A stretch of 64,000 bases of DNA, from assembly GCA_965219385.1 (NCBI GenBank), contig CBDCNM010000002.1, forward strand, positions 1,296,936-1,360,935, given 5' to 3'. Source of the stretch: Candidatus Latescibacterota bacterium (GTDB lineage Bacteria; Latescibacterota; UBA2968; UBA8231). The notes below the pieces were generated by a model. That model saw nothing but the letters and a program-made list of their open reading frames with translations, was not told the DNA's origin and made no database searches. Shown one piece after another: positions 9,723 to 21,118 of the stretch (the stretch's first letter is position 1; the number at the start of each line of letters is the position of its first letter). Made by a program: the position numbers and the translations under genes.

Positions 9723-11591
9723 TTACTCTCTCCTGATCTGCGCCACATCCCGCACCGCCCCCTGCGCCGCACTGGTGGTCAGGGCCGCGTACGCCTGCAG
9801 AGCCTGCGACACGTAGCGCCTGCGCTTCAAGGGTTGGTACGGGTCCGGCCCCAGCCCCTCTATGCGCTGCCGCCTTTGCGCCAGCTCCGCAGTTGTAACC
9901 AGCACGTCGATCTTCCGACCGGGGATGTCGATCCGCACCGCGTCCCCCTCCTCGATCAGGGCGATGGCCCCGCCCTCGGCCGCCTCGGGCGAGACGTGGC
10001 CGATGGACAGACCGCTGGTGCCGCCGCTGAAACGCCCGTCCGTCAACAAAGCACAGGTCTTGCCCAGATGCTTGGACTTGATGTAGGAAGTCGGGTAGAG
10101 CATCTCCTGCATGCCCGGCCCGCCCTTGGGCCCCTCGTAGCGGATCACCACCACATCCCCTTCCCGCACCCGATCTCCCAGGATGCCCTCGCAGGCCGCC
10201 TCCTGGGACTCGAAGACCCGGGCCGGTCCCTCAAAGCCCCAGATGGACTCGTCCACCCCCGCGGTCTTCACGATGCAGCCCTCCTCGGCGATGTTGCCGT
10301 AGAGCACGGCCAGCCCTCCGTCCCTGGAGTAGGCGTGCTCCAGCGAGCGGATGCAGCCGTTTTCCGGATCCAGGTCGGGCTCGTCGTAGTACTGGTCTTG
10401 CGAGAAGGCATCCTTGGTGCGCACATTGCCCGGGGCCGCCATGCAGCGCTTGCGGGCGAACTCGGTCAGCTTGTCCATGTCGCCGCGGATGTGGTTCTTC
10501 TCGATCATCTCGCCCAGGGTATCCCCGGTGACCGTGCGCGCTTCCGGGTGGATCTTGCCCTCCTTCAGCAACTCGCCCAGGATGCTCGGGATACCGCCGG
10601 CCCGGGCCACGTCCTCCACGTGGAACTGCTCGGTGGAGGGCGCCACCTTGCAGATGCAGGGCACCTCTTGCGACAGCCGGTCGATGTCGGCCATCTTGAA
10701 GTCCACCCCGGCCTCCTGGGCCATGGCCAGCAGGTGAAGCACGGTATTGGTTGAGCCGCCCATGGCAATGTCCAGGGTTATGGCGTTTTCAAAGGCCTCG
10801 AAGGTGGCGATGCTGCGCGGCAGCACCGAGGAGTCCCCCTCCAGGTAGTAGGCCCTGGCCATGGCCACGATGCGGCGGGCCGCCTGCTCGAACAACTGCC
10901 AGCGCAGCACGTGGGTGGCCAGGACCGTGCCGTTGCCCGGCAGGGCCAGGCCGATGGCCTCGTTGAGGCAGTTCATGCTGTTGGCCGTGAACATCCCCGA
11001 ACAGGAACCGCAGGTTGGACAGGCCGAGGCCTCCATCTTTTCCACGGTCGCGTCGCTTATGCTGGGGTCGCCGGCCGCGATCATCGGGTTGATCAAATCC
11101 AGCTTGGTCTGGGCGCCGGCGATTTTGGCCTTGCCCGCTTCCATGGGACCGCCCGAGACGAAGATGGTCGGGATGTTGAGCCGCAGCGCCGCCAGCAGCA
11201 TGCCCGGAGTGATCTTGTCGCAGTTGGAGATGCAGATCAAGGCATCGGCCTTGTGTCCCTGGACCATGTACTCGACGCTGTCGGCGATCAACTCGCGGCT
11301 GGGCAGGGAGTAGAGCATGCCGTCGTGGCCCATGGCAATGCCGTCGTCCACGGCAATGGTGTTGAACTCCACCCCGTAGCCGCCAAAACCGTCAATCACC
11401 TCCTTGACCTTCTGGCCGATCGGGTGCAGGTGCACGTGGCCCGGCACGAACTGAGTAAAGGAATTGGCGATGGCGATGATGGGCTTCTCAAAGTCCTCGG
11501 TCTTCATCCCCGTGGCTCGCCACAAGGCCCGGGCCCCGGCCATGCGTCGGCCCTGGGTGGTTGCGCTGCTGCGGAATCCTCTGTGCTGCAT
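9723..11591 (-). CDS. ilvD: Dihydroxy-acid dehydratase
   Basis: [50 protein letters not shown]; start at 11591 after AAGGAG. Confidence 0.97.
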   Translation of the reverse strand: MQHRGFRSSATTQGRRMAGARALWRATGMKTEDFEKPIIAIANSFTQFVPGHVHLHPIGQKVKEVIDGFGGYGVEFNTIAVDDGIAMGHDGMLYSLPSRELIADSVEYMVQGHKADALICISNCDKITPGMLLAALRLNIPTIFVSGGPMEAGKAKIAGAQTKLDLINPMIAAGDPSISDATVEKMEASACPTCGSCSGMFTANSMNCLNEAIGLALPGNGTVLATHVLRWQLFEQAARRIVAMARAYYLEGDSSVLPRSIATFEAFENAITLDIAMGGSTNTVLHLLAMAQEAGVDFKMADIDRLSQEVPCICKVAPSTEQFHVEDVARAGGIPSILGELLKEGKIHPEARTVTGDTLGEMIEKNHIRGDMDKLTEFARKRCMAAPGNVRTKDAFSQDQYYDEPDLDPENGCIRSLEHAYSRDGGLAVLYGNIAEEGCIVKTAGVDESIWGFEGPARVFESQEAACEGILGDRVREGDVVVIRYEGPKGGPGMQEMLYPTSYIKSKHLGKTCALLTDGRFSGGTSGLSIGHVSPEAAEGGAIALIEEGDAVRIDIPGRKIDVLVTTAELAQRRQRIEGLGPDPYQPLKRRRYVSQALQAYAALTTSAAQGAVRDVAQIRRE

Positions 11592-11607
11592 GAAGGTTTC
11601 TCCTTTG

Positions 11608-13746
11608 TTAAAACGCCTGACCAATGGAAAAATAGATCCTGTAATCCTGCCTTCGGTCAAATCCATCGTTGAACGCCAGGTCCAGGCGGAAGGGAATACC
11701 GATGGTGTAGCGCAGACCCAGGCCGTAACCATCCACCATACCCCTCCATTTCACCTCCTGGGTACGGCGCCACACCTGGGCTCGATCCCAGAACAACACC
11801 AGGCCGAAATCCCGGTAGCGCAAACGCAACTCGTTGCGCAGGTTGATCCCGGTGCGTCCCCCGTCCACCGCCAGGATGGCGTTGCGCTTCACCCCTCTCA
11901 CGCTTCCATCGCCGCCCAATTCCTTCCAGTAGGCCCGGGGCAGGGCGCGATCCTGGCGCAGGGAAGCAATCTGTACCAGCCGCACGGCCTGAGCCCAGAC
12001 CAGGTGCTTGCCGAGCGGCCGGTAGTGCCGCACCTCGAATTCCCCGTCGAGAATCCGCGTCTCCTGGCCACCCAGCTGGATGGCGTAGAGTCCTTCCAGC
12101 CGTAGATAGCTCCCCCGCGACGGCGCGATCTGGTTGTCGCGGGTATCGCGCTCGATCCCCAGTTCAAAATTCAGCGCCCTGGATTTTTCGGTCAGAATTT
12201 CTTTCCAGACCTCGTCCAGGGGAATTTGCCCGTCGCTGTAGTCCACGGATGGTATTTCGTCCAAGCCCTTGCTTTCTCCAGAATCGTCGTCCGGAAAAGG
12301 ATCGTCTGGAAAAGGATCGTCCGGAAAAGGATCGTCCGGAAAAGGATCCTCACCCTCCACCGGCTCGCCCCCGTCCTGAAACGCCTCGCTTGGTGGAGTA
12401 GTATAGGTGATATGGTCGCCCATAGCGCGGGTGGCGGAACGAGTCCAGGCCACTGAAAAATCCGCTGAGTACGTCGTGGCTGTGCCGCGCTCCCAGCTCC
12501 TGGCCAGGGTGCTGTCGAGCTTCCACAGACGCTCGATCGAAGCAAAGTCGTACTCGGCCTTTAAAAGATAATCAATGGCAGTCGCCTCACCCCCGAACAA
12601 CAGCAGATTCTCCACCACTGTATCGTTGGTCGTCAGCAACTCGAACTGCAGGGAATCGGCGGGATTGGCGAATCTCTGGGTATTGCCCCACTCTTCGGTG
12701 AGCCCGGCGAGCAGGGTCAGGTCGGCGTCCGAGTCGAGCAGGCCGCGCTCGGACAAATAAAGGGTAGCGCCCTGCACCGGCTGGCCCAGGCTGGCGTCGA
12801 GTCCCAGGCGAATGCCCCGGCCCAGCCAGTTGCTGTGCTGCACATTGCCGGCGATTCTGGGCTCGGTATTGTTGAGCAGGAAATTGGCTCCGAGGTGGAT
12901 GTACTTCTTTTCCTGCAGACGGATCTCCACCGGCTGCAGGCTGTCCGTCCGCATGGCGGCGGGCGTGCTCAGGGTGACGGAACGGAAAAGATCGGTGTGG
13001 GCCAGGTTGCTGCGACTGCGGCGCAACTCCTCGGGATCGTAGAGATCCCCCTCCTCAAAGCTCAGGTAGCGCCGCACCAGCTCAGGCCTGGTATGCAACT
13101 GGTCCTCTTTTTCTCCCCGGCTGCCCACGATGGATATGCGCCCTAAGTACATCCGCTGTCCGGGATCGATGTGGTAGACCACCGAAGCGGTGCCGGCGAC
13201 GGGGTCCAGTTCGAGTTGGTGGGCTGCCTTTGCATGGGCGTAGCCCTGGCGATTCAAGAGGGTCTGCAACTCGCGCTCCCCCTGCACCAGCTCGCCGTAG
13301 CGAAACGGCTGGCCCGGAAGGAGTTTCAGCTGTTGCCACAGCGCCGTGGTATCGGATGCCACCGCCAGATCCAGCCGCACATCCGCTACCGTCCACTGTT
13401 CCTTGCTGTCGATCTTGAAGAATATGTGCAGCCTTCCTTTCTCGTCCATCTCCAGCTTTTTGCCGAGGATCTCCATCCCCATGTAGCCTTCGCTGCGGTA
13501 GAGGTTTTCCAGGATGCGGAGATCATTGAGGAAGAGGCGGCGCTGGAAGACCTGGCCCTCCCTGGTCTGCATGGCGGCCCTCAGCTTTTTGTTCAGGATG
13601 CGTTTGCTGGGGATGTGGTTGAAGTGGATGCGGTAGACTTTATGCTCCTCGGCATCCGCCTCCCGCGGCGACACCAGGCGCTTCTCTCCCTGGGCAAAGG
13701 CCACCCCCACCCACAAAAACATGGCCAAGCAAGTCAGAAGCCGCAT
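11608..13746 (-). CDS. Omp85/TamA-like outer-membrane protein (POTRA domains plus barrel)
   Basis: Signal peptide, POTRA-like repeats, GGDGSVRG loop motif, C-terminal YFSIGQAF; start overlaps the tamB stop (TGATG). Confidence 0.85.
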   Translation of the reverse strand: MRLLTCLAMFLWVGVAFAQGEKRLVSPREADAEEHKVYRIHFNHIPSKRILNKKLRAAMQTREGQVFQRRLFLNDLRILENLYRSEGYMGMEILGKKLEMDEKGRLHIFFKIDSKEQWTVADVRLDLAVASDTTALWQQLKLLPGQPFRYGELVQGERELQTLLNRQGYAHAKAAHQLELDPVAGTASVVYHIDPGQRMYLGRISIVGSRGEKEDQLHTRPELVRRYLSFEEGDLYDPEELRRSRSNLAHTDLFRSVTLSTPAAMRTDSLQPVEIRLQEKKYIHLGANFLLNNTEPRIAGNVQHSNWLGRGIRLGLDASLGQPVQGATLYLSERGLLDSDADLTLLAGLTEEWGNTQRFANPADSLQFELLTTNDTVVENLLLFGGEATAIDYLLKAEYDFASIERLWKLDSTLARSWERGTATTYSADFSVAWTRSATRAMGDHITYTTPPSEAFQDGGEPVEGEDPFPDDPFPDDPFPDDPFPDDDSGESKGLDEIPSVDYSDGQIPLDEVWKEILTEKSRALNFELGIERDTRDNQIAPSRGSYLRLEGLYAIQLGGQETRILDGEFEVRHYRPLGKHLVWAQAVRLVQIASLRQDRALPRAYWKELGGDGSVRGVKRNAILAVDGGRTGINLRNELRLRYRDFGLVLFWDRAQVWRRTQEVKWRGMVDGYGLGLRYTIGIPFRLDLAFNDGFDRRQDYRIYFSIGQAF
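12287..12346. repeat. 4 x 15-bp in-frame tandem repeat encoding (PDDPF)n
   Basis: TCGTC(C/T)GGAAAAGGA repeated four times. Confidence 0.92.
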
Positions 13747-16700
13747 CAGAAGTCCTTCTTGATCCCCACCCCCAGGCCGTAGCGATTCTTCTCGCTCTGC
13801 GCCGTGCCGGTCAGGGTCAGGTAGGAGCGCAACCGGTGCTCGATGCGGAACTCGCCCAGCGACGGATCCTTGGTGACGGCCTCGTAGCGCACCCACAAAG
13901 GCAGGGGGAACTTGAAGTACTTGCCCAGGTGCACCGAGGGTTCCCCCGCGGTTTCGAGGAGGGTGCCCGAGGGCAGGAGCTGGAATTCGTCCAGTCCGAT
14001 CTTCTTGACCTGGCGGCTCAATAGCAACCGTCCGGCCGTGCTGTAGAGCGCCCCTCTGTTTTCGTGTTCCAACAAGACAGCCGAGTCTCCGTAAAAGCCA
14101 AAGGCCACCAGCTTGAGCAGGTCGTTATATTCCAGCGTCGGCGGTTCGGAAGTGAACCGGGGCACCACCTCCCGAAGCGGGCCCTCCAGCGCCAGGCTGA
14201 TTTCGTACTCCTCGCCCTCGAATTGCGGGTCAATGGGCTTGACGGTGGTTACAGCGCCCAGATCCAGCTCCGGGTTGAGCAGCAGGGGATCGTAGGTTAA
14301 ATCCAGCAGGGAATAGGTCGGCACCAGGCGATCCAGGTTGATCCGCCCCTGGTGGAAATCGAACTCGCTGTTGAGCAGAAAAACCTTGCCTTCGATGATC
14401 CGCATTTCGCCCTGGAACAGCGGTTTGTAGAAGGTGCCGTAGACCCTGGTATTGCCCTCCAGGTCCAGGTCGGTGAGTTCGTTCTCCACGTGCATGGCGC
14501 GGATGTCCACTTCGACATCCAGCTCCATGGTCTCCAGAAATTCGTCCGGCACCGCCGGGGGCGGCGGTGGCAGGGGCGGGGCGTTCAGATCGATCAGGGG
14601 CAGGTCCACCAGGGCCCTGTCCAGGACTACCCGGCCCGCCAGCAGAGAGCCGGACGCGGTGCTGCGCATGCTCAGATCCATATCGGTCCGGGGCGCATCG
14701 AAGATATCGTCGTAGTTGTAGGGCAAATCATCGGCCTTCAGGCGCACCTCGTAGACCAGTTCGTCCAGGGCCTGCAGCTCCACAAAGCCGGAGACTTCGA
14801 GCCGGCCCTTGCCCTTCAACGGCTGGCCGATGAAGTCCCTGAACTCGCCTCGCCTCCCGGCGAATTCCAGCCGCCCCGAGGGAAAGCCGTACCCGGGCGT
14901 AACCTCAAACAGGGCAAACGCCAGGTCCGCGACATCGGCCCGTCCCTGGACCTCTACTTCCTGGTCGAAACCCCGCAACTCCAGATCCACACTGAGGGTG
15001 CCGTCGATGTCTTCCAGCTCCGGCAACAGATCCAGGAGAAGCAGCAGACTCAGGCCTTCGGAATAGGCTCGCAGGGTGCCCTCCTCCCAGCCGATTTCCC
15101 TCCTTCTCAGGTCCCAGGGCAGCCGTCCCCGCACCTGCAATTCGTCGCCGATCAGGGTGGACCAGTCCAGTTCCAGGATCCCTTCCGTGGCGGTGCCGTG
15201 GAAGCGGCCCTCCACCTCGCCCAGATCGGTCAGAGAAGCATTCAGATCCACGTCCAGCAGGGGATCGGTTCGGGTGCCGCGGAGGCGGGCCTGCAGGTCG
15301 AACTTGCCTTGCGGCAGGTCCCCCGCGCCCAGGTTTTCCAGCACCAGCAGATCCAGTTCCCGCAGATCCAGTTGCAGCTGGGAAGGTCGGGAGGCCGCCA
15401 TCTGGCCTTCCAGCTCGAGGGTGCCGCCCGGGCGAAAGGCCCTGGCTTCCGGGTCGTAGACCTCCACCGCAAAACCCAGGTCGCTCATTTTCACCTGGTC
15501 GCCCTCCCGGCGGATCCGCCCTCCCGGCGGCAGCTCCAGGCGCAGCCCCTGCTTTTCCACCTGTAGCTGGCGGAACTCGAGCTGACCGTTCAGATCGGCC
15601 CACCGCAGGGAATCGGCCATCAGCAGGGCCAGGGGCACCGAGAAAGCGCCTTCGAATCCCACAACTCCGCGGGCAGAATCTGCCAGCAGGTGGGAAAGCG
15701 GCGCCTGCAGATCCAGCTGGCGGGCAACCACCCTCAGTTCCGCTTCTCCGGCGGGCGGCGTGGTCCGGCCTTGCAGCACGGGCGCCAGCGGCAGGGTCAG
15801 GTCCAGTTCCGCTTGCGGCACCTGCTCCTGCTCCAGGATCGCCTTCAGGGACAAGGTGTCGCTCAAATTCAGGTGGATCCGCAGATCGCCGAAGGTCTGG
15901 CCGGCCAGGGCGATCCGGTGCAGCTCCACGCGGCTGTGGACCAGGGGTTGGTCCAGGGTGCCCCCTACTTCCAGCCAGGCCCGCCCCCCACCTTGCAGGT
16001 CCGGGGCCAGCCGCTGCAGTTCCAGCGCCGCGATCTCGACGACCACATCCAGGCTGTCGGCGCGGGTGCTCCCCTTGATCTGTACTCCCCCCAGAGGCGT
16101 GTGCAGGTGCAGCCGCTCTACAATGGCCTGCTGCTGGCTGTAGCGCACCCGCACCGGTCCATCTCCACGCAGCCCCCACACGCCCTGGCGCAGCGCCAGG
16201 TGCTCCAGAGCCACATCCGCCTCCAGGGCTTCGGGCCGGTCGAGGCGGCCGCGGCAATCGAGGGTTCCGGATAACACTACCTGGGCCCCTGAATCCACCC
16301 CTGCGCTCTCCGGAGAGATGCGCTGAAATACCGCCTGGTCCAGCCGGACCTGGGCTCGGAAGTGTTTGAGGGTGTCCAGGAAGGCTTGCGCGGCAAACCC
16401 CTGGCCCTCGAGATGGTAGGTAGCGCGCTGCCCCTGGTATTCCAGGCGCACCTGCACAGGGCCGGTGTGCCAGTCCCTGTAGGCTGCCCCCGCCAGTTCG
16501 AATTGGGCGGAGACCTGTGCGGCCTCAGGGCTCAGGCCACCACGGCCCTGCACCTGTCCCTGGAGGGTGCCCTCCAAGTCTGGCAGCAGACGCCCCAGGG
16601 CCAGCGGGGCCACTCCGCTCACCAGGGAATCGATTTCGCCCTCGGCCAGGTCCAGGCGCAGGCGCAGAAACGCCTGATCCTCTTCCAGGGTCAGCGCCGC

Positions 16701-18107
16701 TTCCAGGAAGCGCTGCTCCCGCAGGTGCAAGTCCACGATCAGGGGGCCGAATTCGCGGTCCCCCCAAGGCAGGTGCGCCGTCTCCAGGCGCAACGCCAGG
16801 GAGTCTCTTTCGATCCTCCCCGTCACCTGCACCGGGTCCACCTCCCGGCCTACCATGGGCCCTGGTTCCACCACCCCCTCTACGGCCAGATCGCAGACCC
16901 CTTGTGGATCGAAAAAACCCGTGGCCTGTACATGCCCCAGGCTCGAGCGCAGGGTGGCCCTCAGGCTTTGATCGGGGCGCAGGGCCGCGCTCAGGTCAAC
17001 GTCGAAAGGTCCACCCGGCAGCCCCAGCTGTTGCAGCTGCAGCGCCAGATCCGCACTGTAGCGCTGGGCGCCCAGGTGCAATCCGGCCCGGCAGGTCCCC
17101 CGCGCCACACCGCCTGTGGCATCCCCGGATATCGGGCTCAGATCCAGGCCCTCGAACCTCAAATCCGCGACCAGGCTGTCGGTCGTCGGCAGGTAGGTTG
17201 CCCGGCCCCGCACCTGCCCTCCCAGCAGATCCAGATTCAGGGTGTCCACCACGACCCGATCCGGTTCCAACCCGACGCGCCCCCTCAGACGCATCCCGCC
17301 CCACTCCACCTGCGTCGCCTGACCCTCGATTTCCACCTCCAGGCTCAGGGGCTGCAGGCCGCCCCGCACCTTTAAACCCACCTGCCCCTGCACGGCCTCT
17401 TCCCCGGTGTGCAGGTGCGCCCGGGCATCCAGCGCCGCCGGCAGGCCCGCGACCAGGTCCAGGCGACCCCTGCCCTGCAACTCGGCCTCGAAGGTATCGG
17501 CGCGGCCGGAAAAACGGAGTTCCTTCAAGGACACCCGGCGCGGTTCCAGTTCCAACCGGCTCCGCAGGCCGCCCGCGGCCCATTTCTGGCCCTGGCGCCA
17601 GACCGCCCAGTGCGGCAGGGACACCAGCAGCCCGCCCAGGCTGTCCCCCATTGCTTCGTAGCGCAGGTCCAGGTCCTCTACCAGCACCTCGAAGCCATCC
17701 GCCTGGACGAGGCGCCCGCGGCCCTGGCCGACCCGGAGCGCGGGCAGAAACTCCACGGGCAGGGAGGGCGCCAGGGCCGAATCCACCGGGGCGGCCTCGT
17801 CCGCTTTTGCCCCCAGGTGCAGGCGGAAATCGGGCCGGACCACTTCTACCGCATAGGAGAGCACGGAAAGATCCAGGCGTTCGAGCGCCAGCTCGGTTCC
17901 CGGCTGGTGGAGGCGGACCTGGTGGAACGAGGCCGTCCCCAGGAGCCGGCCGCTGGTGCCCTCGATTTCAAGGCGCCAGCCATACGCCGGGGTCAGCCGG
18001 GTGCACAGACCACCCAGGATCCAGGGGCCGGCTGGCGTGGCCAGGAACACCACTACCAGCATCGCAAGACTACCCAGGACAGGATATAGGATGCGACGGG
18101 AAGCCAT
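13746..18107 (-). CDS. tamB: TamB/DUF490 translocation-assembly protein
   Basis: 1453 aa, N-terminal TM anchor, beta-rich repeats, TamB-like C-terminus; adjacent to an Omp85 gene. Confidence 0.8.
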   Translation of the reverse strand: MASRRILYPVLGSLAMLVVVFLATPAGPWILGGLCTRLTPAYGWRLEIEGTSGRLLGTASFHQVRLHQPGTELALERLDLSVLSYAVEVVRPDFRLHLGAKADEAAPVDSALAPSLPVEFLPALRVGQGRGRLVQADGFEVLVEDLDLRYEAMGDSLGGLLVSLPHWAVWRQGQKWAAGGLRSRLELEPRRVSLKELRFSGRADTFEAELQGRGRLDLVAGLPAALDARAHLHTGEEAVQGQVGLKVRGGLQPLSLEVEIEGQATQVEWGGMRLRGRVGLEPDRVVVDTLNLDLLGGQVRGRATYLPTTDSLVADLRFEGLDLSPISGDATGGVARGTCRAGLHLGAQRYSADLALQLQQLGLPGGPFDVDLSAALRPDQSLRATLRSSLGHVQATGFFDPQGVCDLAVEGVVEPGPMVGREVDPVQVTGRIERDSLALRLETAHLPWGDREFGPLIVDLHLREQRFLEAALTLEEDQAFLRLRLDLAEGEIDSLVSGVAPLALGRLLPDLEGTLQGQVQGRGGLSPEAAQVSAQFELAGAAYRDWHTGPVQVRLEYQGQRATYHLEGQGFAAQAFLDTLKHFRAQVRLDQAVFQRISPESAGVDSGAQVVLSGTLDCRGRLDRPEALEADVALEHLALRQGVWGLRGDGPVRVRYSQQQAIVERLHLHTPLGGVQIKGSTRADSLDVVVEIAALELQRLAPDLQGGGRAWLEVGGTLDQPLVHSRVELHRIALAGQTFGDLRIHLNLSDTLSLKAILEQEQVPQAELDLTLPLAPVLQGRTTPPAGEAELRVVARQLDLQAPLSHLLADSARGVVGFEGAFSVPLALLMADSLRWADLNGQLEFRQLQVEKQGLRLELPPGGRIRREGDQVKMSDLGFAVEVYDPEARAFRPGGTLELEGQMAASRPSQLQLDLRELDLLVLENLGAGDLPQGKFDLQARLRGTRTDPLLDVDLNASLTDLGEVEGRFHGTATEGILELDWSTLIGDELQVRGRLPWDLRRREIGWEEGTLRAYSEGLSLLLLLDLLPELEDIDGTLSVDLELRGFDQEVEVQGRADVADLAFALFEVTPGYGFPSGRLEFAGRRGEFRDFIGQPLKGKGRLEVSGFVELQALDELVYEVRLKADDLPYNYDDIFDAPRTDMDLSMRSTASGSLLAGRVVLDRALVDLPLIDLNAPPLPPPPPAVPDEFLETMELDVEVDIRAMHVENELTDLDLEGNTRVYGTFYKPLFQGEMRIIEGKVFLLNSEFDFHQGRINLDRLVPTYSLLDLTYDPLLLNPELDLGAVTTVKPIDPQFEGEEYEISLALEGPLREVVPRFTSEPPTLEYNDLLKLVAFGFYGDSAVLLEHENRGALYSTAGRLLLSRQVKKIGLDEFQLLPSGTLLETAGEPSVHLGKYFKFPLPLWVRYEAVTKDPSLGEFRIEHRLRSYLTLTGTAQSEKNRYGLGVGIKKDF

Positions 18108-18118
18108 CTTCCGCTTTG

Positions 18119-18949
18119 CTACTCGAGCTTTTTCAAATTTTTGGATGTCTGGAATACAGCGTCTGGAAGCGGGGAATAGGAAAGGGATTTAACGGTGCGG
18201 GTCAACTGGTAGACCTGCTTTTCTTCCTTGCCGCTGGGTTTGACGTAGACCTTGAGGACCGACTGCATGGAGAAGCCTTCGAGGGCCTTCATTTCGTCCA
18301 CCAGTCTTTCGTAGTCTTCTATCCTGTCCCGGAGCTGCTCCAGTCCACCGCCGATGAGGGAGGGATAGGACGTCTCCCGGGCTTGCGCTTCCCGAAACTT
18401 CTGGATGTCCTGGTAGCCTGGAAAGTCTTTGGCGACCCAGGCCTGGTAGAGGTAGCGGTTTTCCCGCTGGATCTTGTTGGAATTGGGCTGGTAGTAGCGG
18501 GCGCGCATATCGGCGGCCACGCGGTGGCACAGGATGCCCTCGATGCGGGTGGTGTCGGGCATGGGCTTGACCCTGAACTTGATAACAGGCTCGTAGGGAT
18601 TGATATTGGAGGCGGATTTGGCCGCCACGGGTTTGGCCGCCGGCAGTTTTTCCTGGACATAGGTCCGGGCTAGATGATCGATTTTGTACACCTGGGCCTG
18701 GTCCAACCGCAGGATGGTGCTGGAGTCGAGGAGTTGCCCCTGCTTTTCCAGAGTCTGGGCCATCTTCTTGTCGGCCTCTATCCGGCGGTGGACCTTCTGG
18801 CGCTTGCCCTTGATGTAGACCTTGTTGACCGTCTTCTGGGGCTTTGTCTGGCCCACCGCGAAACTGGAGACCTCCTCTATGTAGTGGACATCGGCCCGTC
18901 CCACCGCGGCATGGCTTAAGGCCAGCATCAATACCATCCGCAAAATCAT
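18119..18949 (-). CDS. Putative exported protein (DUF4412-like); start may instead be 19138
   Basis: Signal-like MILRMVLMLALSHAAVGRA; IEGILCH..., AWVAKDFPG pattern; GGAGG precedes the alternative ATG at 19138. Confidence 0.65.
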   Translation of the reverse strand: MILRMVLMLALSHAAVGRADVHYIEEVSSFAVGQTKPQKTVNKVYIKGKRQKVHRRIEADKKMAQTLEKQGQLLDSSTILRLDQAQVYKIDHLARTYVQEKLPAAKPVAAKSASNINPYEPVIKFRVKPMPDTTRIEGILCHRVAADMRARYYQPNSNKIQRENRYLYQAWVAKDFPGYQDIQKFREAQARETSYPSLIGGGLEQLRDRIEDYERLVDEMKALEGFSMQSVLKVYVKPSGKEEKQVYQLTRTVKSLSYSPLPDAVFQTSKNLKKLE

Positions 18950-19188
18950 CTTTCCACCCGATACCTTCACAAGATCCGACAGTAGTCCCGCGGTAAGCCC
19001 ACCTCGATCTTGGGATGGCGCCAAAAGCTGCGAACATCCTGCGGGGAAACCCATCCCGCGGGCAACGAGATGCTTCTGTGCGGGCCCTCCTCCAGCAAGG
19101 GCCCGTCCACCCCCGGCCGACTGCCGCACACTGCTCATGATCGTCCTCCGAATTTGCTCGCACCGCTGTGTGTATTTGTACGTTACTA

Positions 19189-19392
19189 TCAGTACTTCAC
19201 GGAATCGGCAGGCGGGGCCGTGCGGGGATGGTGCCTCTGGCGTTTTATGAGGCCCAAGGCGCTCTTGCCCCGCTCCCCCTTCCTGCTGCTACACCTGCTT
19301 GCAACCCCCACCACCCTCCATAAAACGCCGCCGGCAACATCCCCGCACGGCCTTGAGGTCCAGATAGCTACGGGCATTTCGTGAAGTATTGA
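19189..19392. ncRNA. Candidate structured rod-like RNA or element (6S-like geometry, unproven)
   Basis: Three nested stems: 19189-19205/19376-19392, 19216-19235/19333-19352, 19239-19252/19315-19329. Confidence 0.45.
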
Positions 19393-19535
19393 CTATATAA
19401 GCATATACCCGGTTCCCTTGCAAGCGGGCAAGTGATTATTTTATTGGCCAGGGTTTTCACTTTTTTCTGATCTGTGTATATTTTTCCAAAGTTTAATACC
19501 CGTTAACCTCGTCGAGCCATCCGGAGGATACTTCA

Positions 19536-20225
19536 ATGCCTTTTTTCTTTTTTGACTCTACCATGATCCTGTTGATTCCCTGCGGGATCCTGGCCCTGTA
19601 CGCCCAGTACAAGGTGCGCAATACCTACAAAAAGTTCAGCCAGGTGGCTGCGGCTGCCGGCCTTTCCGGGGCCGAGACGGCGCGCCGGATCCTGGCCCAG
19701 AACAGGGTCCACGACGTGGCCGTCGAAGAGGTGCCCGGCACCCTGTCGGACCACTACGACCCCCGCGACAAGGTGGTGCGGCTGTCCACGGATATCTACC
19801 ACGGCCACCACCTGGCCGGCCTGGCCGTGGCCGCCCACGAAGTCGGCCACGCCCTGCAACATGCCGGCGGTTATTTCCCCCTGCATGTGCGCCACACCAT
19901 TCTGCCGGTGGCCAACCTGGGTTCGACCCTGGCCTTTCCGCTCTTCCTGGCCGGCATGTTTTTCAGCGTTCCCAGCCTGATGGATATAGGCATCCTGTTC
20001 TTTGCCGCGGCAGTGGCTTTCTCAGTCATCACCCTGCCGGTGGAGTTCAACGCCAGTTCCCGGGCCCTGACCTTGCTGGCGGAGGGGCGCTTCCTCGCTC
20101 CGCGAGAAAGCCGTCTGGCCCGCAAGGTCCTCAATGCCGCGGCCCTGACCTATGTGGCGGCTACGGCCATGGCCCTGATGCAGCTGATACGGCTGCTGAT
20201 TCTGCGCGGTAGTTCGGACGAATAA
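19536..20225 (+). CDS. YugP-like neutral zinc metallopeptidase
   Basis: LSDHYDPRDK, AAHEVGHALQH, TLPVEFNASSRA, AAALTYVA. Confidence 0.93.
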   Translation: MPFFFFDSTMILLIPCGILALYAQYKVRNTYKKFSQVAAAAGLSGAETARRILAQNRVHDVAVEEVPGTLSDHYDPRDKVVRLSTDIYHGHHLAGLAVAAHEVGHALQHAGGYFPLHVRHTILPVANLGSTLAFPLFLAGMFFSVPSLMDIGILFFAAAVAFSVITLPVEFNASSRALTLLAEGRFLAPRESRLARKVLNAAALTYVAATAMALMQLIRLLILRGSSDE

Positions 20226-20406
20226 AACCACCTGTTGAAGGATTTACGGAACCTTGATTTCGACTTCGTCAAAATCCCAGTTAACCGCTTCCTTTACAAC
20301 AACTTACGGCTTAACCGATCACAAGTGCCTAATGCTGCCAGTCCGCTTTACTTTGGGTGACTAATACTGCGGACGGAGAAAGAGTCATGACCCAATCCTT
20401 CGAGAC

Positions 20407-20485
20407 TAACGTTATGCCGGTTTGCGAACCCGCGCAGCGGGTTGCCCGAAGGGCCGAATGGCCCGAAGCCGGGGGCACGATGTTA
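20407..20485 (-). repeat. attC-like site a (distal end)
   Basis: TAACGTT..GCGAACC..TGTTA, 79 bp. Confidence 0.88.
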
Positions 20486-20530
20486 TTGGATGTGCTAGCC
20501 GGGTTTGGATGCCACCAGGAAGCGCCGGTT

Positions 20531-21118
20531 TCATCCTGATGGCGGGAATATTCTGTAGACCAGCAACTCCAGGGTTGTTCCATCCGCCTTCTTCTGGGCC
20601 TCTCTCCCGAAGACTTCACCACCGAGAGCCTCCGGTATCCTTATGCTGGCTTGGTTGCGTCGATCAACTGGGTAGGTCAGGTATTTGTAAGCCAGATTAC
20701 TATCAGCCCACCGCTTTAAACCAACGATGGCTTCCTTGCCGTAACCATTTCCGTGCGCTCCCCTCTTGATCCATATTCCCAGTTCCGGCGTTTCGGGTCT
20801 CCCCTCTCCGTGAAGGCCGCAACAGCCAAGGAATTCTCCTGAATCACGTCGTGCAACGACTGCCTGATAGTTGTCTCCCGCCTTCATCCTCTCAACTGCG
20901 GCGTCGATGAAGGTGAATGTATCATCGATGATCTCACTTGGGCAGGGAGCCATGTACCGTGTGATTTCCGACGTAAACTCTCTGAATATGTCCTCGGCAT
21001 GTATGCGGGAGATTGAAGATAGTCTGAGTCTTTGGGTAGCTATCTCCAACGTCAGCCAGTCAATGTCCTGGCCCTGCTTTGCAGTGAATGTACTGGACTC
21101 GTTGCACGACATTGTCAT
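20531..21118 (-). CDS. Cassette: RimJ/RimL-type GNAT acetyltransferase
   Basis: TQRLRL, FLGCCGL, ELGIWI..HGNGYGKEA, N.ASIRIPEALG; start approximate. Confidence 0.85.
   Translation of the reverse strand: MTMSCNESSTFTAKQGQDIDWLTLEIATQRLRLSSISRIHAEDIFREFTSEITRYMAPCPSEIIDDTFTFIDAAVERMKAGDNYQAVVARRDSGEFLGCCGLHGEGRPETPELGIWIKRGAHGNGYGKEAIVGLKRWADSNLAYKYLTYPVDRRNQASIRIPEALGGEVFGREAQKKADGTTLELLVYRIFPPSG

Noticed and set aside
16517..18673. Long shadow ORFs (also 2747-4240, 9654-10754, 24637-25824 and the 5' part of 3037-5334)
   Set aside because: Antisense or alternate-frame ORFs over recognisable genes in GC-rich DNA, without family motifs.
19189..19392. Retron msr-msd, SRP RNA or RNase P RNA
   Set aside because: No reverse transcriptase in the window and no convincing SRP or RNase P consensus motifs.
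20280..20312. IHF/dif-like motif at the distal array edge (TTTACAACAACTTA)
   Set aside because: Two mismatches to the IHF consensus and no convincing XerC/D arms.
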